This document shows positions 9,049 to 19,600 of a stretch of DNA of 57,235 nt, one piece after another. Position 1 is the first letter of the stretch. The number at the start of each line of letters is the position of its first letter. The stretch is from a virus (taxonomy: Duplodnaviria; Caudoviricetes). A program made the position numbers and the translations under genes. Below the pieces are notes generated by a model. It was given only the letters and a program-made list of their open reading frames with translations, ran no database searches and was not told the origin of the DNA. The stretch spans positions 1 through 57,235 of the IMG/VR virus record IMGVR_UViG_3300027747_001100; one strand, given 5' to 3'.

Positions 9049-11045
9049 GTGAACGTTACCCTGGCGGAATAATTTCTAAAAACCCTGTTGTACCAAGTGG
9101 TCCATACCAAACAAGCACAGCATCTGGCACTTGGACACTAGATCAGCAAGCCTATTGGAAAGCACAAAACAACTGGCCCACTACTGGCAATGAACAGCTA
9201 TATGTAGAAGATGTATTTTCTACTTGGTTATATACAGGTAACGGCACTACACAAACTATTACCAATAGCATTGACTTGGCTACTTATGGTGGGTTGGTTT
9301 GGCAAAAAGATAGAGTATCTGCGGGTCAGAGCCATATTTTATGCGACACAGCAAGGGGAGTAAATTCCTTTTTAAGGTCAGATCTTACTTCTGCCGCCGG
9401 AAATAATGGTGGTACAGATGCGGTTTATGCCTTTAACAGCAATGGCTTTTCTACTGGCACAGTAAATGGTACGAGCATAAATTTATCTGGTGATGCTACT
9501 GTTGCTTGGACATTCCGTAAACAACCTAAGTTTTTTGATATAGTTACTTGGTCTGGAAATGACACGGCAGGAAGAACAATTAGCCATTCATTAGGCTCTG
9601 TACCTGGAATGATTATTGTTAAAGCAACTTCAAGAACATCTGGTTGGACTGTATATCATCGCTCTACTGGTGCTACACAATATTTAAATTTAAATACTAC
9701 GGCAGCGGCAGGAACAACTAATATTTATTGGAACGATACAGCGCCAACAAGTACAGTATTTACTGTAGGAAATTCGGCAGCGGTAAATGGTTCAGGTGAA
9801 ACCTATGTAGCCTACCTATTTGCCCATGATGCTGGTGGCTTTGGCACAACAGGAACAGATAATGTAATTAGTTGTAGTGGGTTTACTTCTGATGGTAGTG
9901 GTAATGCTACAGTAAATCTTGGTTATGAACCACAATATGTAATGTATAAAAGGTCAAGTGGAACTTCTGATTGGCTTGTATTCGATGTAATGCGTGGTAT
10001 GAGTTTAACAAGCGGAGCAAAATTAAATCCAAATACTGCAACAGCAGAAGCATCAAATTTATCAATCATTCCAACAGCAACAGGATTTAATCTTGTTAAC
10101 TATTTTGCTAGTTCAGATTACATTTATATGGCAATCCGTAGACCAATGAAAGTGCCTACAGATGCTACTACTGTGTTTAAGCCTGTTGTACAAGGATTTG
10201 ATGGTTTTGTAAATACTGGATTTGTTACGGATTTAATATTTGGAAATCAATATATAGGCAGCAACAATTGGAGATGGGTAGACCGCTTACGTGGTCAAGA
10301 TAGAACATTATTTTCTAATCTTACTAGCTCTGAAGGTATAGAACCTTATTGGAAATTAGATTACAACACAGGTGTTAATTTAACCTATGGTGGAACAATA
10401 CCAAATTGGGTTTGGAGTAATTTCCGCAGAGCACCAGGATTCTTTGATACTGTTTGTTACACAGGAACAGGAAGTGCAACAACACAAGCACATAACCTCG
10501 GAGTAGTTCCTGAGTTAATGATTTTTAAAAAACGAAGTGGCGCTTCAAATTGGTCGGTTTATTCAAAATCATTAAGTGCTACTGACCTTTTATATTTAAG
10601 TTACACAAACGGCGCGAGTACAGACACAAGTGTTTGGAATAGTACAGCACCAACATCTTCTGTTTTTTCTGTTGGAACTAGTGGCGGTGTAAATACTTCT
10701 GGAGGTACTTATGTAGCTTACCTATTTGCCACTTGTGCTGGAGTATCTAAAGTTGGCACTTATACAGGCAACGGAACTACACAAGCTATTTCATGTGGAT
10801 TTACTGGTGGAGCTAGATTTGTATTAATTAAGCGTACTGATGCTGCTGGTGATTGGTATGTTTACAATACCGCTAGAGGAATGACTACACTTACAGACCC
10901 ATATTTATTGTTAAATACTGGAGATGCAGAAGTCGCTACTTTAGGCTCTGTAACAACAACCGCTGGTGGCTTTACTCTTAACGCCGCAATACTTGCCGCA
11001 ATTAATACAAACGGCGCTTCTTACATATTTTTAGCAATAGCTTAA
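9045..11045 (+). CDS. Putative receptor-binding / tail protein with tandem YTGNG...YVAYLFA repeats (DUF7483-like)
   Basis: Repeated blocks FFDxVx[WY]xG, HxLGxVPxxxIxK, TAPTSxVFxVG and YVAYLFA; ends YIFLAIA. Confidence 0.7.
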   Translation: MSERYPGGIISKNPVVPSGPYQTSTASGTWTLDQQAYWKAQNNWPTTGNEQLYVEDVFSTWLYTGNGTTQTITNSIDLATYGGLVWQKDRVSAGQSHILCDTARGVNSFLRSDLTSAAGNNGGTDAVYAFNSNGFSTGTVNGTSINLSGDATVAWTFRKQPKFFDIVTWSGNDTAGRTISHSLGSVPGMIIVKATSRTSGWTVYHRSTGATQYLNLNTTAAAGTTNIYWNDTAPTSTVFTVGNSAAVNGSGETYVAYLFAHDAGGFGTTGTDNVISCSGFTSDGSGNATVNLGYEPQYVMYKRSSGTSDWLVFDVMRGMSLTSGAKLNPNTATAEASNLSIIPTATGFNLVNYFASSDYIYMAIRRPMKVPTDATTVFKPVVQGFDGFVNTGFVTDLIFGNQYIGSNNWRWVDRLRGQDRTLFSNLTSSEGIEPYWKLDYNTGVNLTYGGTIPNWVWSNFRRAPGFFDTVCYTGTGSATTQAHNLGVVPELMIFKKRSGASNWSVYSKSLSATDLLYLSYTNGASTDTSVWNSTAPTSSVFSVGTSGGVNTSGGTYVAYLFATCAGVSKVGTYTGNGTTQAISCGFTGGARFVLIKRTDAAGDWYVYNTARGMTTLTDPYLLLNTGDAEVATLGSVTTTAGGFTLNAAILAAINTNGASYIFLAIA

Positions 11046-11055
11046 AGGAAAAATC

Positions 11056-11562
11056 ATGGGATACAGAATTAAATCAACAGGCGAGTATGCGGCAACAGAC
11101 TTTGCGCTTTACTCACTTTTTAAAAACGAGCTGGCAAATAACACGCCTATCACGCCAGACGCTTTGCAAACCCTAGGTATTGACGTTGTCCTCGAGGGAC
11201 CACAAGCCACAGGCGGCACAGTCTACCAGTACAGTATGTTTAACGGTTTAGAGCAAATTGATGGCACTTGGTACACTAAGTACACACTGGGTCCTGTCTT
11301 TACCGACACACCTGCTACAGATGATAGCCCAGCTAAGACAGCAGCCGAAAACGAAGCAGCTTACAAAGCAATCAAAGATGCTGAACGGGCTCAAAACGTG
11401 CGTAACCAACGCAATGAACTGCTTAAAGATTCTGACTGGACACAGATAGCTGATTCCCCTGTTAATAAAGAAGATTGGGCGGCTTATCGTCAATCCTTAC
11501 GCAATTTGCCTAGCGCAGAAGGTTTTCCTTGGACAGTTACTTTTCCTAGCAAACCAGCATGA
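11056..11562 (+). CDS. Tail fibre assembly chaperone
   Basis: C-terminal RNQRNELLKDSDWTQIADSP...WAAYRQSLRNLP...FPW motif. Confidence 0.8.
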   Translation: MGYRIKSTGEYAATDFALYSLFKNELANNTPITPDALQTLGIDVVLEGPQATGGTVYQYSMFNGLEQIDGTWYTKYTLGPVFTDTPATDDSPAKTAAENEAAYKAIKDAERAQNVRNQRNELLKDSDWTQIADSPVNKEDWAAYRQSLRNLPSAEGFPWTVTFPSKPA

Positions 11563-11714
11563 AAAATATTCCACTATCAATAGCACTTATCAACAGCATT
11601 CTTGGTTATTTAGGTAAGCAACCATATGAAGAAACATTTCAGTTGATTGCTGCAATTCAAGAAGAAGCTAAGAACCAGACTAAAGATCAACCAATTGACT
11701 TAGCAAGCGAATGA
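11559..11714 (+). CDS. Small hypothetical protein (51 aa), not in the ORF track
   Basis: MKNIPLSIALINSILGYLGKQPYEETFQLIAAIQEEAK...; ATGA overlaps with both neighbours. Confidence 0.7.
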   Translation: MKNIPLSIALINSILGYLGKQPYEETFQLIAAIQEEAKNQTKDQPIDLASE

Positions 11715-11926
11715 ATATGTCTTTTGAAATTGACCCAGTTAAATACGGACAGCTTTGGGAAAAAGTTGATCAGTTAACCGCCAAAGTAGACAAGCTAGAA
11801 GAAGGCATGGAAGAGCTTTTAGCTTTAGCCAATAAAGGCAGAGGCGGTTTCTGGGCTGGCATGGTTATTGTGTCTGCTTTATCCACAATAGTCGGTTATA
11901 TAAGTCACTACTTTTCATCAAAATGA
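11711..11926 (+). CDS. Coiled-coil plus single C-terminal TM protein (holin or antiholin-like)
   Basis: Coiled coil followed by hydrophobic FWAGMVIVSALSTIVGYI; lies in the lysis region. Confidence 0.6.
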   Translation: MNMSFEIDPVKYGQLWEKVDQLTAKVDKLEEGMEELLALANKGRGGFWAGMVIVSALSTIVGYISHYFSSK

Positions 11927-12291
11927 TCTTAGAAACTATTATCGGTGCTTTAGTACCTGTTGGCATAGACGGAATTAAAAGTCTTATTGGCATGGTGACA
12001 GGCGGCGTTAAGCCTATTTCTGTTGATGAACAAATTAAACTAGACCAAAATGAAGTAAATAAGCTACAAGCTATCGCAGCATTAGACAATCCTTATGGCA
12101 CACCTAGTCAATGGGTTATTGATTTAAGAGCTTCTAGCCGCTACTTAGGCGCTTTATTTGTGATTGTTGTAGGTATTGGTACATTGTTCTTGTCTGTCAC
12201 TCCTGAAATACAAAGAATCGGTGTTGAAGCAGCAAACATTGCTTTTGGGTTTTTATTTGGCACTCGGATTATGGCTAATCTTAAAAAATGA
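11923..12291 (+). CDS. Putative holin
   Basis: Hydrophobic segments; WVIDLRASSRY and FGFLFGTR motifs; directly upstream of the endolysin. Confidence 0.65.
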   Translation: MILETIIGALVPVGIDGIKSLIGMVTGGVKPISVDEQIKLDQNEVNKLQAIAALDNPYGTPSQWVIDLRASSRYLGALFVIVVGIGTLFLSVTPEIQRIGVEAANIAFGFLFGTRIMANLKK

Positions 12292-12716
12292 AACTGACTG
12301 ATCACTTTACTCTTGAAGAACTAACTTATACTGACCATCGAGAGTTAAGTAATGAGCCTAATGAATCTGAAACAGCCAATTTAGAAAGACTAGCTCTGTT
12401 TCTCGAGTTAGTAAAAGAGACTCTTGGTGGCAAACCGATCATGGTTAATAGCGCATTTCGGTCCAAAGCAGTAAATGATGCGGTAGGTTCAAAAGATAGT
12501 AGTCAGCATCGCATTGGATGTGCAGCGGATATTCGTGTTCCAGGTGTAACACCAGATGAAGTGGTTAAAACCATCATTGCTAGTAAGATCGGATATGATC
12601 AGATTATTCGTGAGTTTGACCGATGGACACATATCAGTATTCCAAACAAATTAACTGACAACCCACGTCGTCAAGCTCTGATTATTGATAAAGCCGGTAC
12701 ACGGCCCTACGTATAA
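12288..12716 (+). CDS. Endolysin, peptidase M15A family
   Basis: HFTLEEL...NSAFRS...N.AVG...SQHRIGCAADI...WTHIS zinc-binding signature. Confidence 0.9.
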   Translation: MKLTDHFTLEELTYTDHRELSNEPNESETANLERLALFLELVKETLGGKPIMVNSAFRSKAVNDAVGSKDSSQHRIGCAADIRVPGVTPDEVVKTIIASKIGYDQIIREFDRWTHISIPNKLTDNPRRQALIIDKAGTRPYV

Positions 12717-12745
12717 TATAAAATGGCAAATAAAAGGGTTACCAA

Positions 12746-13378
12746 ATGACCGTTTCTTTCGTACTTACGTATGACTCGCTGACAACGACTGTGTTGCAGT
12801 ATTTAGAGCGCAACGATCCAGCAACTGTTAATCAGATACCTACTTTCATTACTATGTGCGAGTTTGAAATTGCACAGCAGATCAAGACTTTAGGTCAAAT
12901 GCAAGTTGTTGAAAGTACTATGCTAGCAGGCAATCCGGTTATACAGAAACCTGCTAGATGGCGTAAGACGGTATCATTTAATGTGGTTGTAGATGGGTCA
13001 CGAGAGCCGGTCTATTTACGGAAATATGAATACATTAAAGCCTATGCTCCGAATGCTTCAGTGACCGGGCAGCCCCTTTACTACGGGGATTATGACTATG
13101 AGCATTGGTTAGTTGGGCCAACGCCTGATAAAAATTACAATTTTGAAGTTTTATTTTATGAGCGTATTGCTCCTTTGTCTTCTGAAAACCAAACAAATTG
13201 GCTGACTCAGTATGCTCCAAATGCAATGCTATTTGGTACACTGTTACAAGCTATGCCATTCTTAAAGAATGATCAACGAGTTATATTCCAACAAAAATAT
13301 GATCAAGCTATGGCAATGCTGAAGACAGAAGACGTTACTCGCATTGGCGATCGCCAAGCAATTGCTATTGAAAGCTAA
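12746..13378 (+). CDS. Tail adaptor / tail tubular protein A-like
   Basis: IPTFITMCEFEI...GPTPDKNY...NWLTQYAPNAMLFGTLLQAMPFLKND pattern of podovirus adaptors. Confidence 0.7.
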   Translation: MTVSFVLTYDSLTTTVLQYLERNDPATVNQIPTFITMCEFEIAQQIKTLGQMQVVESTMLAGNPVIQKPARWRKTVSFNVVVDGSREPVYLRKYEYIKAYAPNASVTGQPLYYGDYDYEHWLVGPTPDKNYNFEVLFYERIAPLSSENQTNWLTQYAPNAMLFGTLLQAMPFLKNDQRVIFQQKYDQAMAMLKTEDVTRIGDRQAIAIES

Positions 13379-13380
13379 TT

Positions 13381-14610
13381 ATGACATCTTATGTAAACCC
13401 ATTCACAGGTCAAACAATTCAACCAAGTCAAGTTGGCTATGAAAAGCTAACAATTAGTACAGACACCATTCTTCAATGGCCTGTTAACGGTAACACAAAT
13501 GATGTAGTTGCTAACATTATTGAAGTTACTGCAACAGTTAATACAAATCTTAAACTAATTATGCCTGCTGCTACTCAAGTATCAGTAGGCCAAAGTGTTT
13601 TAGTTAAGAACATTGGTTCATACTCATTTACAGTCACAAAAAGTGACGGTACTACAATTATTTCAGTGGCTTCAGGTATTGCGCAATACATTTATCTTAC
13701 TGACAATACAACCATACCTGGAACTTGGTCAGTAGTTCAATTTGGTGCTGGAACAAGTTCTGCCAATGCTTCAGCTTTAGCAGGCTACGGATTAAAAGCA
13801 ATTGACACTACTTTAAATCAGTCATATAATCTTGTTGCTTACTATTCCAATACTGCTTTTACTGCCGCAAATAGAGCAGAATTTGCTGTTTGGCAAAGTG
13901 GTGTAGGTACATTTACTCTTCCGTCAGCTACAAGTGTAAGCAATAACTGGTTTATTAATATTCGTAATAATGGAACAGGCATTCTTACTATTGCTCCGGT
14001 AGGTTCTGACACTATTGACGGTGCTAGTAATAAACAGTTACAACTTACAGAGTCTTTAGTTCTTGTATCTGACGGTGCTGGAAAATTTAATTCGTTTGGT
14101 TATGGGCAATCTGCCACATTCTTTTTTACGCAATTAGCATTAGATCTTACAGGTCTTGGCCCTACTGTTACTCTTTCTTCAGCACAATCTGCCAATTTAA
14201 TTCAAGAATACTTTGGAACATTAGTAGCCAATACAACTATTATATTGCCACCTACAGTTCAGTTGTATACTGTTACAAACAATACTACAGGCGCATATAC
14301 TCTAAAGTTTTCAACAGGCACACTTGGCGCATCAACAGTACTTGTTGGACAAAACCAAACTTTAATTATTGTCTGTGATGGTACAAACGTCTATAATGCA
14401 AATAGTTCTGCAATTTCATCATTGCCTAGTTTAACTTTAAATCCAGGTTCTGCAGCTTCACCTTCATTAAATTTTTCAGGCAATACAACTACTGGCATAT
14501 ATCAACCGTCTAGTGGACAAATAGGCTTTTCATTAAACGGCACTAATAAAATGACATTAAGCTCAACCGGATTAGCTGTTATTAACGGCATTTCTGGAGG
14601 ATCATTTTGA
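13381..14610 (+). CDS. Tail structural protein
   Basis: Beta-repeat protein with xTLPxA...IxNxGxG modules; ends GGSF. Confidence 0.65.
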   Translation: MTSYVNPFTGQTIQPSQVGYEKLTISTDTILQWPVNGNTNDVVANIIEVTATVNTNLKLIMPAATQVSVGQSVLVKNIGSYSFTVTKSDGTTIISVASGIAQYIYLTDNTTIPGTWSVVQFGAGTSSANASALAGYGLKAIDTTLNQSYNLVAYYSNTAFTAANRAEFAVWQSGVGTFTLPSATSVSNNWFINIRNNGTGILTIAPVGSDTIDGASNKQLQLTESLVLVSDGAGKFNSFGYGQSATFFFTQLALDLTGLGPTVTLSSAQSANLIQEYFGTLVANTTIILPPTVQLYTVTNNTTGAYTLKFSTGTLGASTVLVGQNQTLIIVCDGTNVYNANSSAISSLPSLTLNPGSAASPSLNFSGNTTTGIYQPSSGQIGFSLNGTNKMTLSSTGLAVINGISGGSF

Positions 14611-16442
14611 CAGCTAAGGTTATATCTCTTCAGATTAAGCCAGGCATTCAGCGCGACGGTACATTATTTGATGCGCCAACATATGTTGATGGGCGCTGGG
14701 TAAGATTTCAGCGCGGTCGACCAAGGAAAATGAAAGGATATAGAGGCATTTTTATAAATGCTGCAGGCATTAGCCGTGGCATGTATATGAATTCTCAAAA
14801 TGGTCTAAACTATATCTATTCTGGAACAAATAACAAGTTACAGATGTGGACAACAGACAATAATAATGGTGTTGGTTCTGGGCCTTATGATATTGCTTTT
14901 GGCGGCGGTATACTAACACTAACTGGTAGAGTAGCTGGAACTTCATACACTACAGGAACATACACAGGAGTTAGTCTTACAGGTGGTACAGGCGCTGGTG
15001 CAAAAGCAACGATTGTTGTTTCTTCAGGCGGTGTTTCATCAGTAACACTAACTACAGCCGGCACAGGCTATACAGTAGGCGATGTTTTAAGCGCTACTTC
15101 AGCAACTATTGGTGGAACAGGTTCTGGGTTTAAAATCAATGTTGCAACTGTTATCACTTCTTATACTGCTAATGCTAATAATCTTTGGCAGTTTGACAAT
15201 GGTTTTGATGTGGCAGGCGGTGTGTCATACTTACTTGCACATCCTGGTCAAAATTTAACAGACATTGACAGTACTGTTAATGTTCCTGTACTATATGGTG
15301 ACTTTCCAGGCGGCACAATGGCTGAGTTAACTGATAGTCAAGGTTCAACTCCTTCAGGTGATGTCATTAGCGTGTCAGGTGGTTGTGTTATGCTTCACCC
15401 ATACTTATTTGTCTATGGCAATAATGGGTTTATTAAAAATAGCTCTGCAGGTAACTTCTTTGATTGGAACTCTGCAGATGCTAACGAAACAAACGTAGCC
15501 ACAGGTAAAATTGTTAAAGGGCTACCAGTTCGTGGCGGTACAACAGCACCTTCAGGTTTATTTTGGTCAACAGACTCTTTAGTTCGTGTGTCATATACGC
15601 CTACAACAGTAAGCGGTTCAACATTGTATTGGCGCTATGACATCATTACTAGTCAGTCTTCTATTATGTCTAGTCAATGTGTTATTGAATATGACGGTAT
15701 TTATTTCTGGGTTGGTGTTGATCGATTCTTAATGTACAACGGTGTTGTAACAGAAATACCAAATTCAATGAACTTTAACTATTTCTTTGACAATTTAAAC
15801 TATGCTCAAAGGCAAAAAGTCTGGGCTAGTAAGATTCCTCGTTGGGGTGAAATTTGGTGGTTCTTTCCTAACGGTGATTCTGAAGAATGTAATGATGCGG
15901 TAGTATTTAATGTTCGTGAACAAGTCTGGTATGATGCCGGAACTGCTATTGGTGCTCGTAGATCGGCTGGTGTATTCTCTGAAGTTTTCCGTTTTCCTGT
16001 CTGGGCAGGAACAGAACAAAATTCAACAAATGGTTATACTTTATGGCAGCATGAAACAGGCACTGATGAAATTTATTTAAACAATGTAGATGCAATTCAA
16101 AGCTATTTTGAAACTAACAATATTGGTTGGGTAACAGGCGGCCCAGGCGTTGATGAAGCTTCAGGGCCTAATAAATGGATTCATTTAGAACGTGTTGAGC
16201 CTAACTTTAACCAATCTGAAGACATGAATATGTACATTACAGGCCCAAGTTATGCACAAGGCCCTGATGATCTTAGTGACCCATATGTATTTGCACCTGA
16301 CACACTTAAAATTGATTTACGTGAACAACGACGTGAAATGAGAATTAAGTTTGAAAGCAATACAATTCGTGGCAACTATGAAATGGGTCAGATTTTACTC
16401 TCTGCAGATCTTGGAGACGAGAGAGGCACAGGCAACCCATGA
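14607..16442 (+). CDS. Tail nozzle / packaged-DNA stabilisation protein (P22 gp10 or T7 gp12-like)
   Basis: TTG start overlapping the upstream stop; PGIQRDGT...WVRFQRGRP; YFWVGVDRFLMYNG; EIWWFFP...ECNDAVVFN propeller features. Confidence 0.7.
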   Translation: MTAKVISLQIKPGIQRDGTLFDAPTYVDGRWVRFQRGRPRKMKGYRGIFINAAGISRGMYMNSQNGLNYIYSGTNNKLQMWTTDNNNGVGSGPYDIAFGGGILTLTGRVAGTSYTTGTYTGVSLTGGTGAGAKATIVVSSGGVSSVTLTTAGTGYTVGDVLSATSATIGGTGSGFKINVATVITSYTANANNLWQFDNGFDVAGGVSYLLAHPGQNLTDIDSTVNVPVLYGDFPGGTMAELTDSQGSTPSGDVISVSGGCVMLHPYLFVYGNNGFIKNSSAGNFFDWNSADANETNVATGKIVKGLPVRGGTTAPSGLFWSTDSLVRVSYTPTTVSGSTLYWRYDIITSQSSIMSSQCVIEYDGIYFWVGVDRFLMYNGVVTEIPNSMNFNYFFDNLNYAQRQKVWASKIPRWGEIWWFFPNGDSEECNDAVVFNVREQVWYDAGTAIGARRSAGVFSEVFRFPVWAGTEQNSTNGYTLWQHETGTDEIYLNNVDAIQSYFETNNIGWVTGGPGVDEASGPNKWIHLERVEPNFNQSEDMNMYITGPSYAQGPDDLSDPYVFAPDTLKIDLREQRREMRIKFESNTIRGNYEMGQILLSADLGDERGTGNP

Positions 16443-16669
16443 TAAGTTACGACCCTAGATATATGAAATGGGACAACTGGTGTGCTTTAATGGCAGAGCT
16501 ATTTGCGCCTAATCAACTTGGTACATTACCTGAAGACAAATGGGTTGATTGGGCAGCAGGTCTAAACGGTATTGGTTATTTTACAGAAAACGGTGTACCT
16601 GATCCACGTGGTTTTAAAACTTGGCAAGACTGGGCAGCTGCTCTTTGTGGCATAATTAGTATTCGATAA
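16439..16669 (+). CDS. Small Trp-rich hypothetical protein
   Basis: ATGA overlap; PDPRGFKTWQDWA. Confidence 0.7.
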   Translation: MISYDPRYMKWDNWCALMAELFAPNQLGTLPEDKWVDWAAGLNGIGYFTENGVPDPRGFKTWQDWAAALCGIISIR

Positions 16670-16670
16670 C

Positions 16671-19600
16671 ATGGCACTCGAAACTTTAAACTCTACTGAC
16701 CCGATTGCTGGACTATACGATAGTGTGTTTAAGCGTGCGCCTGATGCTGCTGGATTAGAATTTTGGAAAAATGCATATAACACAGGCACTTCACTAGAAC
16801 AAATTAAAAATGCGTTTCAAAATTCACAAGAAGCACAAGCAAACCCTTATGTTAATACACTTGGTGGTACAGGCGCCAATCTTGAGCAAGGTTTTGTAAA
16901 CCCAAATCGAGATAATGCTTTACCTAGTAATGTTCAAGCAACAACACAGCAAACATCACTGCCAACTGGAACAGCAGGCACAACACTTAATGCTACTCAA
17001 ATGGCTTCTACGGTTCCAGATCCAAATGAGGCAGCTATTACAAGTTTGTACGATAGTGTGCTTAAACGAACACCGGATGCTTCTGGTTTAGCATTTTGGA
17101 CACAAGCAGCAAAAAATGGAATGTCTTTAGCTGACATTAAATCGTCTATTGCGGCTTCACAAGAAGGCACAGCAACAACTGCAGTTAATAACCTTTACAC
17201 AAACTATACTGGAACAGCACCAACTGCAACTCAGTTAAATGATGCAAAGACACAGCTTAGTTCTGGCAAGACGGTAGATGATGTAACAAAGAGCTTATTA
17301 GCTACTCCGACTACTAAGACTTCTATTGAAAAATTAATTACTCAGATGTATGATGATCGTCTAGGTCGAGTACCTGATGCAAATGGGTTATCGTTCTGGT
17401 CTTCTAAAGTGCTTAACGGTCAAATGACATTAGCGGATGTTGCTAAACAAATTGGTACCTCATCAGAAGGATCAACAGCCGCTTCAGTTGCTAATATTTT
17501 CCAGCAATATACCGGAAAACTCCCTACGCCACAAGAATTAGCAGATGCTCAAGCTTTGTTAAGATCTGGTAAAACAATAGATGACGTAACAAAAAACTTA
17601 GCAGCTAATGTAGCTAATAAGCCTGCTGTTGAAAAACTAGTTTCTCAGATATATACAGACCGTTTAGGTCATTCGCCTGATGCAAGTGGTTTAGCTTTTT
17701 GGACTTCCAAAATAACCGCTGGAACAATGACATTAGCTGATGTTGCTAAACAGATTGGCGGGTCAACCGAAAGCACAGCATTCCAAAATGATCCTGTTAT
17801 AAAGCTCTATCAGCAATATGTAGGTCGTACACCTTCGTTAGCAGAGTCTGATTTTTGGAGAACACAACTGTCTAAAGGCATACCTCCAGCAGAGATTGCT
17901 AAAGGAATTGCTTTATCTGATGAAGGCATTAAATATTCAACAACTAATTTAAAAGCAATTTTAACAGCACAAATAGGTGCTGATTTTGTTAACAGTTTAA
18001 CTCCATCACAAATTACGCAATATGCTACTTTGCTTGCAGACCCTAGTTTAACTACTCGAGCACCAAAGTTGTCACAAGATCAATTTGACTCTAATTACTA
18101 TTTAGCTCAAAACCCCGATGTTGTTAGAAATGGTTTTGACCCTTATACGCATTACAAACAGTTCGGATATAATGAAGGCCGCGCCGGTAGTGCAACTGAT
18201 AAAATTCAAATAGCCAAAACTAATGACGACAAGATAAGAGATATTTATGGTCAAATGGCAAAAGACCCAGTGCTTGGTGAAAAGATAAAAGCAAGCAGTC
18301 CACTTTTATATGAGGCAGTAACGCCATTAACTGACATTGGTGGTAAGTTGATTAATGGAACGCTTAATTATAACTATGGCTCATACAATGATTTACCTAT
18401 TTTAAATGCAAATGTTGCACTTGCTGCTGTAGGCGATGGCAATGTAATGACTAACTTTTCTCATAAGCGTGGCCATATTACCGATAATCTTGGGTGGCAA
18501 GGAACTGGATATAGTGGGAAAATTTTACGAGGCGCTGACGCTGTTGGTGTAACTGTTAATCTTGATGAAGACGGTAATGTCGGTAGTTATTCCGGGTTAA
18601 ACGAAGCCGCTGATTTGCTTGGAATTGACAAGAATCAATTTAAAGATAAACAAGTTCCACTTTTAACTAAAGATGTAAGAGATAGTGACGGCAATGTAGT
18701 ATCAATAGCTGGCCAACCGGTTTATAAAACAGATGGAAACGGCGACTACCTATATGATGATAAGGGTCAGCTAATACCAAAAATGCGTACAATAACCGCA
18801 GAGTCACAGCTTTACGACGCCGTTGATAAAGCGTCAAAAAGCATTTGGTCTGTAACACTTAACTCACTTGAACCTGGCCAAGCAGTTGAAAAAGGTTCAA
18901 GAAGCTTCCAAACTGCACTATATAGACAAGAAGGCGATAAGTTATTAGCTATTTCTAAGGCTGTGTCACACGGCGGTGTGTATAACATGGATATATACAC
19001 TGGCGGTAGCGGATTTAACTTTGGTCGTGATATAGCACCAGGCCTTGTTTTTGTCGGAACAGCTGCATTAACCATGGCTACACTAGGAGGTTCAGCTCCA
19101 TTAACAGCAATTGGTGCAGGTGTAGGCTTAACTGGCTCAGCAGCCACCATTGCCGGTGGCGTTATTGTTGGTGCAACCATGGGAGGTCTAAATGCATCAG
19201 CATCTGGCCAAGACCCAGGCAAAGGCATATTAACTGGTGCTGCTATCGGCGGCATCACATCTTCGATGCAACCGCTAATGAATACAGGACCTGTAGCCGG
19301 CGTGCTTAAAGATGTTTCAGAAGCATCAGGTGGCTTTTATACTCAACAACAACTTGGAAGTATTGTTGGTACAACTTTAGCAACTACTGTAGGTAGTGCA
19401 GTTAAAGGCGCAAATGGAGATCAGATTTTTGAAGCATTTGCCACGTCTTTAGCGGCTAATGGTATTAGCCAAACTGGTGTAAGCGCCATTACTTCTGCAT
19501 TAAAAGATGTTGTATCTCCAGACACAATGGCTAAGATTGCACGAGCTACACAAATTGCTGGAAGCACTGTAGCAACATCTGCATTAAGCGGTAAGAACCA

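Noticed and set aside
3683-11045. Diversity-generating retroelement or invertible tail-fibre switch
   Set aside because: No reverse transcriptase or recombinase gene is seen. Differences between fibre repeats look mostly synonymous rather than adenine-specific, and the repeats are direct, not inverted.
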